The translations under genes and the position numbers were made by a program. DNA of 62,797 nt, counting the filler, from Collodictyon triciliatum (Eukaryota), in the NCBI GenBank assembly GCA_043381765.1. It is 7 parts of 7 records of this genome, joined end to end, with 100 filler letters (N's around TTAATTAATTAA, not from the genome) between each part and the next. Parts side by side here need not be neighbours in the genome. Positions count along the whole stretch, not along the records: positions 18,610 to 28,041 come from JBHJMP010003015.1; positions 28,142 to 37,571 come from JBHJMP010003018.1; 5 more parts are not named here. One strand, written 5' to 3'. Below the pieces are notes generated by a model. It worked only from the letters and a program-made list of their open reading frames with translations, was not told the origin of the DNA and did no database searches. Shown piece after piece: positions 24,337-36,873 of this stretch (position 1 is its first letter; each line of letters starts with the position of its first letter).

Positions 24337-27300
24337 ATGCTTTTGGTTGCCTTCATTGCCATCGTTTTCATTGTTTCATCGGCATCCTCAATTCATCCAC
24401 GTCAAAGGTATAGTTTGATTTATGAATATTTATAAAATACACTTTCAACTCAAATAAGAAAAACAGATGCCAGTATTCAAGAGATGAGTTGCTTTCCATG
24501 AAAGTCGAAGATGCATTCCAAATTCTGTTGAGCTACTACGATGAGACATGCCCTTTGTTAAAAGAGAGTGAAGATAGCTTTACAGGGTTGATGAATGGCT
24601 GGAAAGATGGAGATTACTCGCTAGGAAATGGACATGGTGCTGAATGGAATTATGGAAGAAAATTAACATCTAGTAAGGCCGATTTCTACAAAGAAATTCA
24701 TCCGCCAATACGAAGTGGAAACAGAGAACGGGGGTTGGAGAATAAAGAGAACCGAAGTGTGGCCGATGGAAATCCTGGGACCCAATACGAACTGCTTGTC
24801 CAACTTTACGATTCACTTGGTGGCAACAATTGGTTTCGGAACACTGGATGGAAGAATGAAACTATCCCGATTTGTGATTGGTATGGAATATCGTGTCATC
24901 AGAACTGCTCGGATGAAGACTATAAGGTAATTCCTTGAAATAATAATCTCTTTTGATTTCATTTTTAACATATTTTCCTTTATATTTATAGAGAAACACA
25001 TGCCCTATCGTGGAAATCAGGATGTCAGAAAACAATCTTAACGGTAACATTGAAGCTGCCTCGGCGATTTTTGAGAAGCTCCAATTATTAGATTCCTTGG
25101 ACATGAGCTTCAATTTCATTTACGGAAATCTTCCAGACTTTAATCTCCCAAGCATTACGTATTTGAACGTCTATGTTAATCAAATGACAGGAACGATTCC
25201 AGACTTTCAAGGAATGCCGAATATTGAACATCTTGATATTAATGGGAATGAATTGGAAGGAACAATACCAGATTTTTCTGAAATTCAGTCGCTAAAGAAA
25301 TTATACATTGGTGAAAGTGAAAAAATTACAGGTATCAAGTAACATCCAATATGATTTATTCTGAATTCTAATGATTTTTCCATTTCAGGAACTCTTCCTG
25401 ACTTCTCAGCGTTGCCCAATGTTCAGATTCTTGGAATTTATAGCTGCAAAGTTCATGGTTTGTTTTTTCTATTTTATTAAAAGTGAAGGTGTACTAGCGT
25501 AACTTATTTTTATTTCAGGCACAGTTCCAAACTTTAATGGAATTCCGAATGTTGAAATAATATATCTTGACAACAATCAATTAGATGGTAAGTTTTAACT
25601 ATTATTTCATGTATTATTATTAAAAAAAACTAACTTTACATTACAGGGACCATTCCAAACTTCAGTGGGATTCCAAATGTTGAAATAATTTCTCTTGGCA
25701 ACAACCAATTGACTGGTAATTATTGTTATAATTTCATTGTTGATATAAAAAACTGACTAAATTTATATAACAGGAACAGTTCCAAACTTCAGTGAAATCC
25801 AAAGTGTTGAAAAAATTTATCTAAACGACAATCAATTAACTGGTAAGTTTTGTGATAATTTTATGTATTATTTATAAAAATCTGACTAACTTTACATTAC
25901 AGGAACGGTTCCAAACTTCAGTGATATTCCAAAAGTTGAAAGAATTTATCTTTCCAGTAATCAATTGACGGGTATTTTTATAGTTATTCACATATACCTG
26001 GAAAAAAAAACTAACTTATATTATAGGAACGGTTCCAAACTTCAGTGAAATTCCAAAAGTTGAAAGAATTGGTATTTCTAGCAATCAGTTAATTAGTAAG
26101 TTTTATGACAATTTTATGTATTTTTGATGAAAAACTAACTTTTTATTATAGGAACGGTTCCAAACTTCAGCAAAATTGCAATAGTTGAAATTATTTTTCT
26201 CGGCAATAATCAATTAAATGGTATAGTTTTATGAATATTTCATGCATAAATGAAAAACTGACCTTTTATTACAGGAACCGTTCCAAACTTCATTGGGATT
26301 TCTAATCTCGAAAAAATTTACCTTGACAGAAACAGATTGAATGGTGATTTCTAATTATTTTCCCTTTTTTTTGATTTTCATGTTTCCTTCAATTTTAATG
26401 AGTAATTTTAGGCACAATCCCAAACTTCTCAAATTTGAGAAAACTGGAGATTTTTTCTGTTTATGAGAATCAACTGGAAGGAGAGGTTCCAGATTTCAAA
26501 GGTTGCGACAAAGTCAAGGAAATATTGTTGTTTCGAAATAAGTTGTCAGGTACATTGCCGATGTTCAATCTTAATAATCTGACAAGACTTGATGTGAGCG
26601 AAAACCAAATCAGTGGCTCTATCCCAGAAAATTGGATATTGCCATCAATTAAATACATCGACTTGTCTTGGAACAAAATGAACGGTACAGTCCCAACCTA
26701 TTTCCAGGAATTACCAGAACTGAAATCACTCGTTTTGTCTAACAACCGATTCTCTGGAAGCATGCCTGATTTATTCTGGAATCTGCCGAATCTAGTCACT
26801 ATTGATTTAAGAAACAACTCGTTTGCAGGTGATGTCAGGTTTTTTATTGTTCCAGCTTCAGGCAAATACGATTACTTTTATGAAAACCTGTTGCTTGATG
26901 ATAACCAAATCTATGGAGTATTGAATTATAGGGTTTTTGACTTCGTCCTCAGCATAAAAACATTAAGCCTTAAAAACAACAACATCACTTATCTTGATGA
27001 ACTTACAAATTTATTGAGATGGACCTCCCTTGACCTCACTGGAAATCCGATTGTTGGGAGCATTCCTGAATCATACATAGGATTTTCAAAGCTTGAGTAT
27101 CTGGGATTGAATGAAACATCTATGAATCACGGAACAGCTAATTTTCTTCCTGATTTCATGAATTTCACAACATCTTTCAATATTCAAGATGAATCAAAAC
27201 GCTACCTTTGTCCTTCCATTATTTCGAAATCTGGTCTGATTGAATTAGATGTTGACTTGAATCCAGAATACTATGACTTTGAATTTTGTAAATGTTTGCC

Positions 27301-27997
27301 TGGATATTTCGGCTTTGGAAATAATTGCGTTCAATGCCCAAGAGGATGTGATTGCCTTGATGGAACATCCTTGAAATTCTGTCATGCTTCACCAAGTATT
27401 ACCTCTGTGAAATCAATACTGCCGTGTCCACGTCGCGAGTCATGTGATGTATCGATTCCAGAGAAAAATTCGAATTCAAGTACCATGGTCGAAATCATAG
27501 ACATGTGTCAGGAAGGCTATGAAAGTTATGCCTGCTCAAAATGTCGGAATGGACACGGAAATCAAGGGAGGTCGTGTGTGAAATGCGATAAAGGAACAAT
27601 TTATTCAACCCTGATTCTTGGTTCGATTGGATTTTTTATGTTCATTTGCTATCTGTATTTCACAGAGACATCAAAATCAGGTAAATGTCACTAAATTATT
27701 TTCACTTTGATTCTTCCCATATTAATCAGAATATTTCATTCAGCGAAACTAAGGATAATAATGTTCCACATGCAAACACTGTCGATTGTGTCTAGTGGAC
27801 TCGTTCTTTCAGAAGATGCAAACAGCTTTATTGATGTTTCATCGTCAATTGGTTCAATCCAATTTCCCAACCTTTCCTGTGTCCTTGGAGTAGACGATGT
27901 GTTTGCTTCTCTGATGTTCAGTTTTGCAAGAATACCAATCTTTATCATAGTTGGCTCAGCCACGTACTATTTTGGATATGGGCACAAGCAGAACAAA
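24337..27997 (+). CDS. Putative LRR surface receptor: signal peptide + LRRNT cap + plant-type extracellular LRRs + Cys-rich region + TM segments; 3' truncated by contig end
   Basis: Signal-like MLLVAFIAIVFIVSSASS; cap LYDSLGGNNWFRNTGW...ICDWYGISC; LxxLxLxxNxLxGTIP repeats; CKCLPGYFG...CQEGYESYACSKC; then TM helices and KLRIIMFHMQTLS. A possible extra in-frame upstream exon starts at 24174. Confidence 0.88.
25389..26343 (+). repeat. Tandem array of eight 69-nt exons (one 23-aa LRR each) with related ~55-60 nt phase-1 introns
   Basis: Exons at 25389-25457, 25519-25587, 25647-25715, 25774-25842, 25903-25971, 26027-26095, 26152-26220 and 26275-26343. Most introns share AAAA(A)CT(A/G)AC branch motifs and ttacag/ttatag ends. 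Confidence 0.92.
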
Positions 27998-28041
27998 GTA
28001 AGGAGGAAAAATACTAATAATTGTAAATTCATCATATTAGT

Positions 28042-28141
28042 NNNNNNNNNNNNNNNNNNNNNNNNNNNNNNNNNNNNNNNNNNNNTTAATTAATTAANNN
28101 NNNNNNNNNNNNNNNNNNNNNNNNNNNNNNNNNNNNNNNNN
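28042..28141. other. Artificial contig linker
   Basis: N44-TTAATTAATTAA-N44. Confidence 0.98.
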
Positions 28142-28357
28142 CAACAGCAAACCAACTGTAACTGCAAAAAAAGAGTGACGAGAATCTTTAAAAACCACAA
28201 TCTAAATAACCATTATTTATTTTTCATCACCTTGCCTCAACCTTGCCAGAACATCTTGGGAATGATATCTCAACCCAGCACGCCAATAATAATGCATCAA
28301 TATTGCTTTATTTTCTTTCAACTTACCCCGCTTATATCCCATATAAATTGCAGCCAG

Positions 28358-29997
28358 ATGGCCGTTGACACCAGCGTTTTATTCCACTCCTATGCCGCGT
28401 TGAGTGCCGGAGCAGCTCTTGAGCCATGGACGTATCATCCCGCATCCCTGGCCCGCGCAACATTGAGTTCAAAATCACCCACTGGGAATCTGCGGTCGGG
28501 TGAGTGACCTTTGAAAAAAACACACAGAGGCTGCAGCAAGTTGTAAAGCTCAGCTTGTGATGAGAAGCAACGCCGCGCCGTAGACTCTGATGTTGTTGCT
28601 CCACTTATTCGTATTATTCACAACTTTACAGATACCATACCATCGATAACGACTGGAAGAGGTCAATCTATCCTATGGTTGTTGGACATGAGGTTATCGG
28701 CGAGGTTGTTGCCACAGGTTATAACATGACGAACCTGAAGGTAAGTCTCATAAAATAGATGCCATCCATGTAAAGCTTTGCATGTTACGTAGTCTTGCTC
28801 TCACCTCTCATCAATATCGACCTTCATTCAAGGCAGGAGATCGAGTGGGCGTGGGCGCTCCGTGTTTTGCCTGTCTGAAGCCCGATTTTTATGAGTGCAG
28901 CCACAAGGATAATCAATGCTGCCCAAAGAAAGTCTTCACCTACAATATACCCTACGCTGACGGTGAGCTCTCAAGAGGCGGATATGCCGACCGCGTTCGT
29001 CTCTTGTCCGATTTCGCCTTCCTCTTCCCAGAGAGTATCCCCTCTGATGTTGCTGCTCCTCTTCTAAGTGTTGGAATCACAGTTTTCGCTGCACTGAGGC
29101 GGTAGACATCGTTTAGACTCACAAATACCTAATTTATATAATTTCTTGATATAAGAAACGACGCGCTTTATTTTTACGTTTTTTTTTATAAGCAGTGACC
29201 GTGCGAGCAACGGAATCAAGGTGGTAATCATTAGTATCGGAGGACATGGGCATTTGGGAATCCAGTTTGCCAAGGTTTGTTTTCACTATGATATTTATGT
29301 TACAAAATAAAATAACTTCACGGCATATATCGCTTTAAAGAGGATTCATGTGTTTATATATTGAAAACAAAAAAATCTGCAGGCCCTAGGAGGCGACGTA
29401 ACCGCCATTTCTCACTCAAAGAAAAAGGAAGAGGAAGACATCAAGCTTGGAGCGAACCACTTCATCAACAGTAGCAACCCTGCATAAATCTCTGCTGCTG
29501 CAAAGACCGTTTGCGAATCAAACACAAAAATCCGTTAATATTGCTTACTAATGCTAAAATAAAGAAAGTGAAATTTGTTTTACAATCAGAATTTGTTAGT
29601 TGGATGTTATCCTTGTGACAGCCAACAGCAACGACATGAACTAAGGCGGGTATCTTTCACTTCTCCGCACTCAAAGAAAAATGGTCGTGGTTGGTCTCCC
29701 TGAAGAACCATCAAAATCGCGCCCTTCAATCTTATCATGAGCCATGTCGACCTGTGTGGCAGCGTCATCGGCTCCACTTTCGAAATCAAAGAAATGTTGC
29801 AATTTGCTTCCAAGTACAACGTCAGTCCTTGGATTGGAGTTCTGCCCATCCAAAACATCAATACTGCCCTCGAGCGCGTTCGTGCTGGTGGTGGCCGCTA
29901 CCGCTTCGTCCTGGAAAACAAGTTTGACCAAGCAACATCCCACCGCATCCCTGCATTCTACGCTGGCGCCCTATTCTTTTCGACCCTATGGACATAG
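28358..29997 (+). pseudogene. Zn-dependent medium-chain alcohol dehydrogenase (cinnamyl-alcohol dehydrogenase/ADH6-like), disrupted, intron-containing
   Basis: Motifs YPMVVGHEVIGEV, GDRVGVG...CxxC, GGYADRVR, VAAPLLSVGITVF, GHGHLGIQFAKALG and INTALERVRAGGGRYRFVL. Frameshifts in exon 1 (about 28450 and 28480-28500, destroying HCGICGS) and an in-frame TAA at about 29486. Confidence 0.8.
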
Positions 29998-32900
29998 CCC
30001 ATGATAAATACATATTTCGCGCCATGCTTCATCAGTGTGATGGTCTCTCACAATCTAAAATGAAATCCCTTAGCGGGGTCTGATATACAATCTAAAATGA
30101 AAACCCCTTCACCGCTACCACAAACCATTATGCCTGATTGAATATGATAGCCTGCCTTCTAGAAAATACGGTTTTATTCGTTTGCTTGTCTTTTTTCTAT
30201 CTGTATGCACCTACCCTGACGGTTTTCTCCCCATGTTTTGTTTGATTACATACATAGTTTGCTTGTGTTATCGTCACATAAACCTGGTATATTTTCTTTT
30301 CACGCAAAAAAACAAAAATAAAAAATAAAAAAACCAAAACAAAAATAAAAACAAAACAAATCAAAACAAATCAAATCAAATCAAATCAAATCAAATCAAA
30401 TCAAAAAACAAAAAAAGTAAGGAGTAAAGCAAAACAAATATTCTCAATCAATTCTAGCAAACATGATAACATTGTGGTATAGCTTTTATATTGACACGGG
30501 AAGAGATAAACCATAGAATCAAGGGGAAATTATTCAAATACACCAGAATTACCCCATTAAATCCCACGTTAATTTTTACTAGTTGCGTTATGATACTGGA
30601 TAAAAGTAGACAATAATCACGAAGAGCTCCCATTTTCTTTTTCATCAAATATTCTTACTTTCCCATCCAAGCACGAAGTCGCCAGTTGAGAGTGAAGAGG
30701 GTGGAATGCAACATCAGTGGCTGTGTCCGTGTACCTCACTATTTTATGTAAGACTGTTCCTTTGCGAAAGTCGTACAATTATGCAGGCTATATGAATACG
30801 TATCAGATTTTAGTCAACACTAGCCATTACTTCATATCGACCACACATTGTTGCTCTGTAAATTATAATTTTCATAGAAGAGACTCTATTATAGCATAAT
30901 TCATTGTTGTTGATGTTGTATATCATAAACTAATTATTCAGAATAATAAAAGTTGATTTGGCTCGCAATATGTATTTTTAAATTCAACAAACTTTGTCTT
31001 CTAATACGCAATCCAAAAATTGCAAACAAAGGGCTGTATGATATACCAAGTTCATGAATGCGGTTCATATGCCCCTCAAACCTCCGAACAAACCTGGGCA
31101 TTGTATTTGTGTGAAAAAAAGTATAAAAGTACGTAAATGGAACACTAAATAATAATAATAATAATAGTAATAGATGTGCTGCTTCATTTAGTCTAGTCTA
31201 AGCTGTTTTGATGCTTTACCAATTCGCTCTCAAGTCCCATAGCTTCACACAATTATCTGTGGCCGCAGTTAAAAAGAATTCATAAGACTCCTGTGGATGT
31301 GGTACATATTGAGAGTTTTCACACATTCTAACACTGAAGATTAAAGAAATAATCTACGCTACAATTATTATTATTTTTACAAAAATGATGATAGATAAAA
31401 AAAGGCAGAAAAAGAAACAACGAACCTGTGATTGCTGAATATTGGAAATCATGCGTATTATAAGATTGTCGGGACATAGGACGTTCTACGAGTATGCAAA
31501 TATATAATGATATGAAAACCTATGTATGGGGCGAGCATGTACACCAGGTATTTTCCGTGCTATCGATTTTATGACCATATCGAATACGGTGAGACTCTCA
31601 TCTGATGATGAAAAAATGACAATATCTTGACGTAGAAAAAAATTATCGATCAGTTAGAAAATATGAATGTAAAAATAATATGGTTAATCATGTCATAAAT
31701 GCCATACAGGTACAGGGAATAGTAAATAAGTTTTTTTTTTCCAGCGAAAGTGACCTAAATGGAAATTTCCTTACGTGATAAAAAGGAATTTATGCATGCA
31801 AAGTCTGTGATACTTTGGGCCTCTGATGATAATTTCACAGCTGATCTGTACTTATTGTTATTCTGGAACCCGTTTTTATATATTTTTATTAAATTTATTT
31901 CATCGATTTGAGGGTGTGTTATACATACAAGGATATTAGAGCAAAAACATCCTTTGAAAGGTACCATCTAAGATTGCAAGGCTTTCTTTCGCCATTACCG
32001 AAGGAGGTCGTCCTTAGGTGTTTCCTCAATCACGTATTCGTACCCAATCAACTTATTGCCGCAACTAAGAATACATTTATCCATATAATAGAACTTTGAT
32101 TGCCGAATTGGGCCTGAAAACTCTGGATTCTCTTTCATTTAATTTTTTTTAAAAGAGTGTAAAAAATATTGATAATTAAAAAAATATAAATAGCTATATT
32201 TATGGCCGTACTTAGGGAGTCCGTTTATGTATATGAACATAATCATTATGTTTTTAAAAGAAAAGACGGAGAAATCCAATACCCTTACATCATCCTTTGT
32301 GTTGTTGGCAACGTTCCGAAATACGACCACATGTGTTAGGATTTCCACTGCCCCAGAGCCGAACCGTTCTATCAGCAGAAAAAGTCAACAAATAATCATT
32401 CTTGAGACCATACGCAACTAAAAGAACCGGGGCGCTGTGTCCTATCCATCAAGTTAACAGGTAGATTATGGACAAGTGGTATAATAAGTAACTTACTTCG
32501 TCCACAATCCAGTGCCACTATATAGTGTTGGATACACAAGCAAAACCTGATGAGCTGAATGACACTTTATAAAATACCTCGATAATCTGTTCCTTCTCCT
32601 TTAAACTTTGTTAAAGGGAGCTTTATTTCACGAGTGACTTTATCAGACCCGCAGCTGGTTATTCTCTCTGCATTTCCTTGATTGATACAAATCGACAGTA
32701 TTAAGATTCGCTTTCTCTTCCTTTATTTTTAAAAACCATCATCACACAGAAACACCCAAGTGATAGGAAAAACAAGAAGGCAGTGATGTTGAAAAATATT
32801 CACTTGAATGAATCATGCGTAGAGTGGCGCCGGAGTGTGGCAGAATAGCATATCCCGAGGTTAAGGAACACGGGGAGGCTCACAATTTATGGGGTACTTT

Positions 32901-34112
32901 TTTTTTCCAGTAAGTTCCTATAATTTCAAGTGAAAGAATGCAATATCAAAACATATCTCAAAATTCTCATCTTTCCCAATAAATACGATTTTTTTTTCAA
33001 TTTGAAATCAGCTATTATTCATTCAGACATTGGCTTTCCTTTTAAAACAATTTAAAGAAAAAAGAAAAGATGATTATTATGTATATAAGCAAGCTGTATG
33101 TGTATGTGTGTGATTGACTCTTTTTAAAATTTATGTTATTTACTATATATAATTAAGTGCTGGTTATAAATGCAAAACCCTGATAAGCCTGATCTCTTTA
33201 AAGTTGTCTTTGGTTTTGTTGAGTTGACTGGAGCAGCTCCGTATCTTGATGACTTTACCCTTGAGTGAAATGTGATTGGGTCTTAACAATCTTTGGAACT
33301 TTTTCCTTCATAGTTGAGGAGGCTGAAGCCATACATGCAAAAAGAAGTGAAAAACACAGTTGAGATTACTTTATAACACATGCAACTTCTTTGTGTCAGT
33401 CAGTCCAATATGTAAAGAAATATTGCACAATACCCTTACGAATTTACCTCCATTTTAATCGTCTTGTAAACGAAATAGGTCATGGGAAATTGGATGAAGA
33501 AAAACACAATAATAAGTGAGATTAAATAAAATATACACAAGCTCTCCTCAATGTTAGGAAGGGGATTATCTTCCGCCTTGGGCCCTGGTTTGACTACAAA
33601 ATCCGTCATAAGGCAGGAATTGGCCGGCAGTGGCTTTGAAGGAAACACTGAAATGACTTCGTCACTTTGCTAGGTATTACACAGAGTGTTGAAGTTTTTG
33701 TTTATATTATAGATACAACTGATGTTTTATTCACATAGATGCATTTTTAATAGACTAATTATGATAATATATTTGTTTAATCGTAAGAAAGGGTAAATAT
33801 ATGAATATACAATTTGAATAGGATTTATAGTCGCGACGAAGCTAAATACTTTTGGAAGAAAATGATTGGCCATGCAGCGAAGGCACTTTATTTTAAGAAG
33901 AAAAAGACGGGTTAATTCTCTTACCACTTTCGAATGCTGGTCATTAATATTAGTAAACGAGAAAAATGAGATCCAATCAATATTATCACGACAAACCGGC
34001 GTGTCAGTGAAGGGACAAACGACATAATTCGATGCAGTAAACCCGACATGGGAAATGCTAAAGATGCCAATGATTGTGCTACTAGTGATTAAGTGGACGC
34101 TTCAAGAAAGGC

Positions 34113-34231
34113 AAGAAACAAAACAAAACAAAACAAAACAAAACAAAACAAAACAAAACAAAACAAAACAAAACAAAACAAAACAAAACAAAACAAAACA
34201 AAACAAAACAAAACAAAACAAAACAAAACAA
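34113..34231. repeat. (AAAAC)n microsatellite
   Basis: Perfect pentamer run. Confidence 0.95.
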
Positions 34232-35817
34232 AAAAAAGAAACAAAAAAAGAATAAAAAAACAAAAAAAAAAAGGAAAGGAAAGGAAAGAAAAGGAGAATT
34301 AGAAGCTTCATGGTCACCTTGTAAACAAATAATAGAGTTCGAGGAGGTCCGTCCTTCCGTCCTTCCTTTACTTTTTATTTAAAGAAAAAGTTAAATATAT
34401 TATGGACATTAAGCATATGTTCCCAAAGAAACGAAAAAATTTAGTACACATACTGGCTCATGTGTTTGGGATTCTACTTTAACTAGACCAACGGTTGTTC
34501 CAACCAGTTTTTGGTTTCCAAGTTTGGTTAAATCTGATTGTCTGAAAATACAAATAGATAAATCATTAGCGCAGAAGATGAAGTAAACTCCATTAAAAAA
34601 AGAGACGAGAAAGAAAGTGGCATTTTGATGGAATAAACAACACAACATTTATGCGTATAGTGAATTTGTGACCAGTTCAAATATGAACATACACACATAT
34701 ATATGAACATTACAAAGTCTGGTCAACAGCAAATATACTTTCGTCTTCGCCGTTATGGTGTGGTGTTTGGTCTGCAGCGACAGGAAGGAAATGAAGGGAA
34801 AGAATGCTACAGTCCACCTCGGGGTTTGGGGAAGAATGTCTTCCTCTGCAGGAATTGATTATGCCATTTGTTTCCAAGGAGGAACGCTCGATATCACGAC
34901 AGGCCCAGAGTCCGCTTGGCCATCGATTTCTTTGGAAAGCCTGGCTGAAAATCATGCATGTAAGTTCAATTCAGAGACAGCGACCTCCATGACCGTTGCT
35001 GGGTCTAGCTTGTAGAATCTGAGCTAGATGCACAAAATGAAAGTCCCTTCATTATGAATTCTCCATACCAACTACTTGAATATGACAAAATTGTATTCTA
35101 TGGCATGATTGTGGTTAAGTTGGTTGGTATTTCCTCCAAAGAGAGAGAAAAAAGAATCATGAAAGAAGTATAAAAGAGTTACGAATGGGGTTTGAAAGTG
35201 GATTATTATTGTTATTATTGTTATTAATCAAGTCTGAAAGAAGCATTACAGAACAAACAGAAAAACTCAGTGTATATATGAAACCTTTCCGTCAACTGAG
35301 CCCACCACAAATCGCTCATTGTCTGGGTCAATATCCAAGGACAACAACGGCGATGTGGACAGAATACCACTTTGGTAAACAAATTGTTTTTTGAAGGAGA
35401 TTCCATACTTTGAAGCTTCTATCTTCGCTGCAGGTCACTAGAAACTCGTCCTTTTTGCGCCAAACGCAGCTCATGTCATTCTTCGTTCATGAACCTCGAG
35501 AGGGATAATATGCTTTTTTTGTCTAAAAATATGAATCAGATTGATTTGTAGCAAGATGTAGACAGATAAAGACTTTTCACTCCCTGAGTTTTGAATTGAT
35601 AAACATATAACGAGGATTTCAATACCAATAAAAAAGAATTTTCTGACGGGTAAATAGATCAATTTTTTCAAAAAAAAATTACAAGGTCTATCGAAATTTG
35701 ACAGATGTCAAACGTATTATCAGCGGCCAGTCCGACAAAGGTTCCGGTTGGGTCGAATGTTATGAAGGATGCATCACCACAACCCATGAAATGGGATGCG
35801 ATTTTGTATCAACTTTG

Positions 35818-35931
35818 TAAACAATAAAAACAATAAAAACAATAAAAACAATAAAAACAATAAAAACAATAAAAACAATAAAAACAATAAAAACAATAAA
35901 AACAATAAAAACAATAAAAACAATAAAAACA
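35818..35931. repeat. (AAAAACAAT)n minisatellite
   Basis: 9-nt unit repeated about 12 times. Confidence 0.95.
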
Positions 35932-36499
35932 TAAGTAAATGGTAAAATATTCATAAGATAACATAACATAATTAAGCATAACAAACGTTTGCCTGGGTTT
36001 GTAGTATATCCCAAAGCAGCGTTACGTCCTTTGAAACAGTACAAATTTGAAACGATTAATCATAATCCAAAAAAAATAATTTAAATGACTAAAACGTTTG
36101 AATTACAGATATTTAATCATAAATTGTAGATAATTGTGTCATATATACTGGTTTATGCGTTTTTGATATTGTTTAACAGGATTATCGATTACCGAATCCA
36201 AACAAGGTGGAGCCCAATTGAAGCATAAGTGTTGAGTGGGCGTTGATGCGCACTTAGTAAAGTGACAGGCTAGGATTGCATATGTATAAGAGATTCGGTA
36301 TTAATCACAACAATGGAATGAAACTTCTAAAAAAAGTGTATTTTATTGACGAGATTAATCGACATGCAGAAAGGAAAGCATAAATATGAATAATTTCATG
36401 TAATTCAGATACGAATGCAGAAGCGTAATTAAGCTGGTTAGAAGGACAAACGGACTACCAAAAAAATAGTCATGACATGATGACGAACTCATAATAAAA

Positions 36500-36873
36500 G
36501 AAAATTGAAATAAAAGAAAAAGAAAAACGAAAGAAAAGGAGTGTAAAAGGAAAAGAAAAGAAAAGAAAAGAAAAGAAAAGAAAAAGAAGAAAAAGAAGAA
36601 AAAGAAGAAAAAGAAGAAAAAGAAGAAAAAGAAGAAAAACTAAAGAAAAACTAAAGAAAAACTAAAGAAAAACTAAAGAAAAACTAAAGAAAAACTAAAG
36701 AAAAAGAAAAAGGAAAGGAAAGGAACGGAAAAGGAAAAGAGAAAAGAGAAAAAAGGAAAAGGAAAAGGAAAAGGAAAAGGAAAAGGGAAAGGAAAAGGAA
36801 AAGGGAAAGAGAAAAGAGAAAAAAGGAAAAGGAAAAGGAAAAGGAAAAGGAAAAGGAAAAGGAAAAGGAAAAG
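36500..36873. repeat. Compound purine-rich simple repeats (AAAAG, AAAAAGAAG, AAAAACTAAAG, AAAAGG)
   Basis: Seen directly. Confidence 0.9.

Larger units (their letters stand above)
30617..36265 (-). pseudogene. WDR27: WDR27-like WD40 protein, multi-exon, disrupted; 5' boundary uncertain
   Basis: Exon translations LVTCSEDRSFKVWNL, KFYYMDK, ACINSFLSH, TAATDNCVKLWDLRA, FEGHMNR and HTDTATDVAFHPLHSQLATSCLDGKVRIF resemble WDR27 as I recall it. In-frame TGA at 35471-35473 and frameshifts near 35460, 32330 and 31030. Confidence 0.65.

Noticed and set aside
25389-26343. Regularly spaced repeat and spacer pattern resembling a CRISPR array
   Set aside because: The units are GT-AG-bounded coding exons with homologous introns in a eukaryotic gene, and there are no cas genes.
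28358-36265. In-frame stops as evidence of a variant genetic code
   Set aside because: They co-occur with frameshifts, long intact ORFs elsewhere contain no internal stops, and intact genes end in TAA/TAG.
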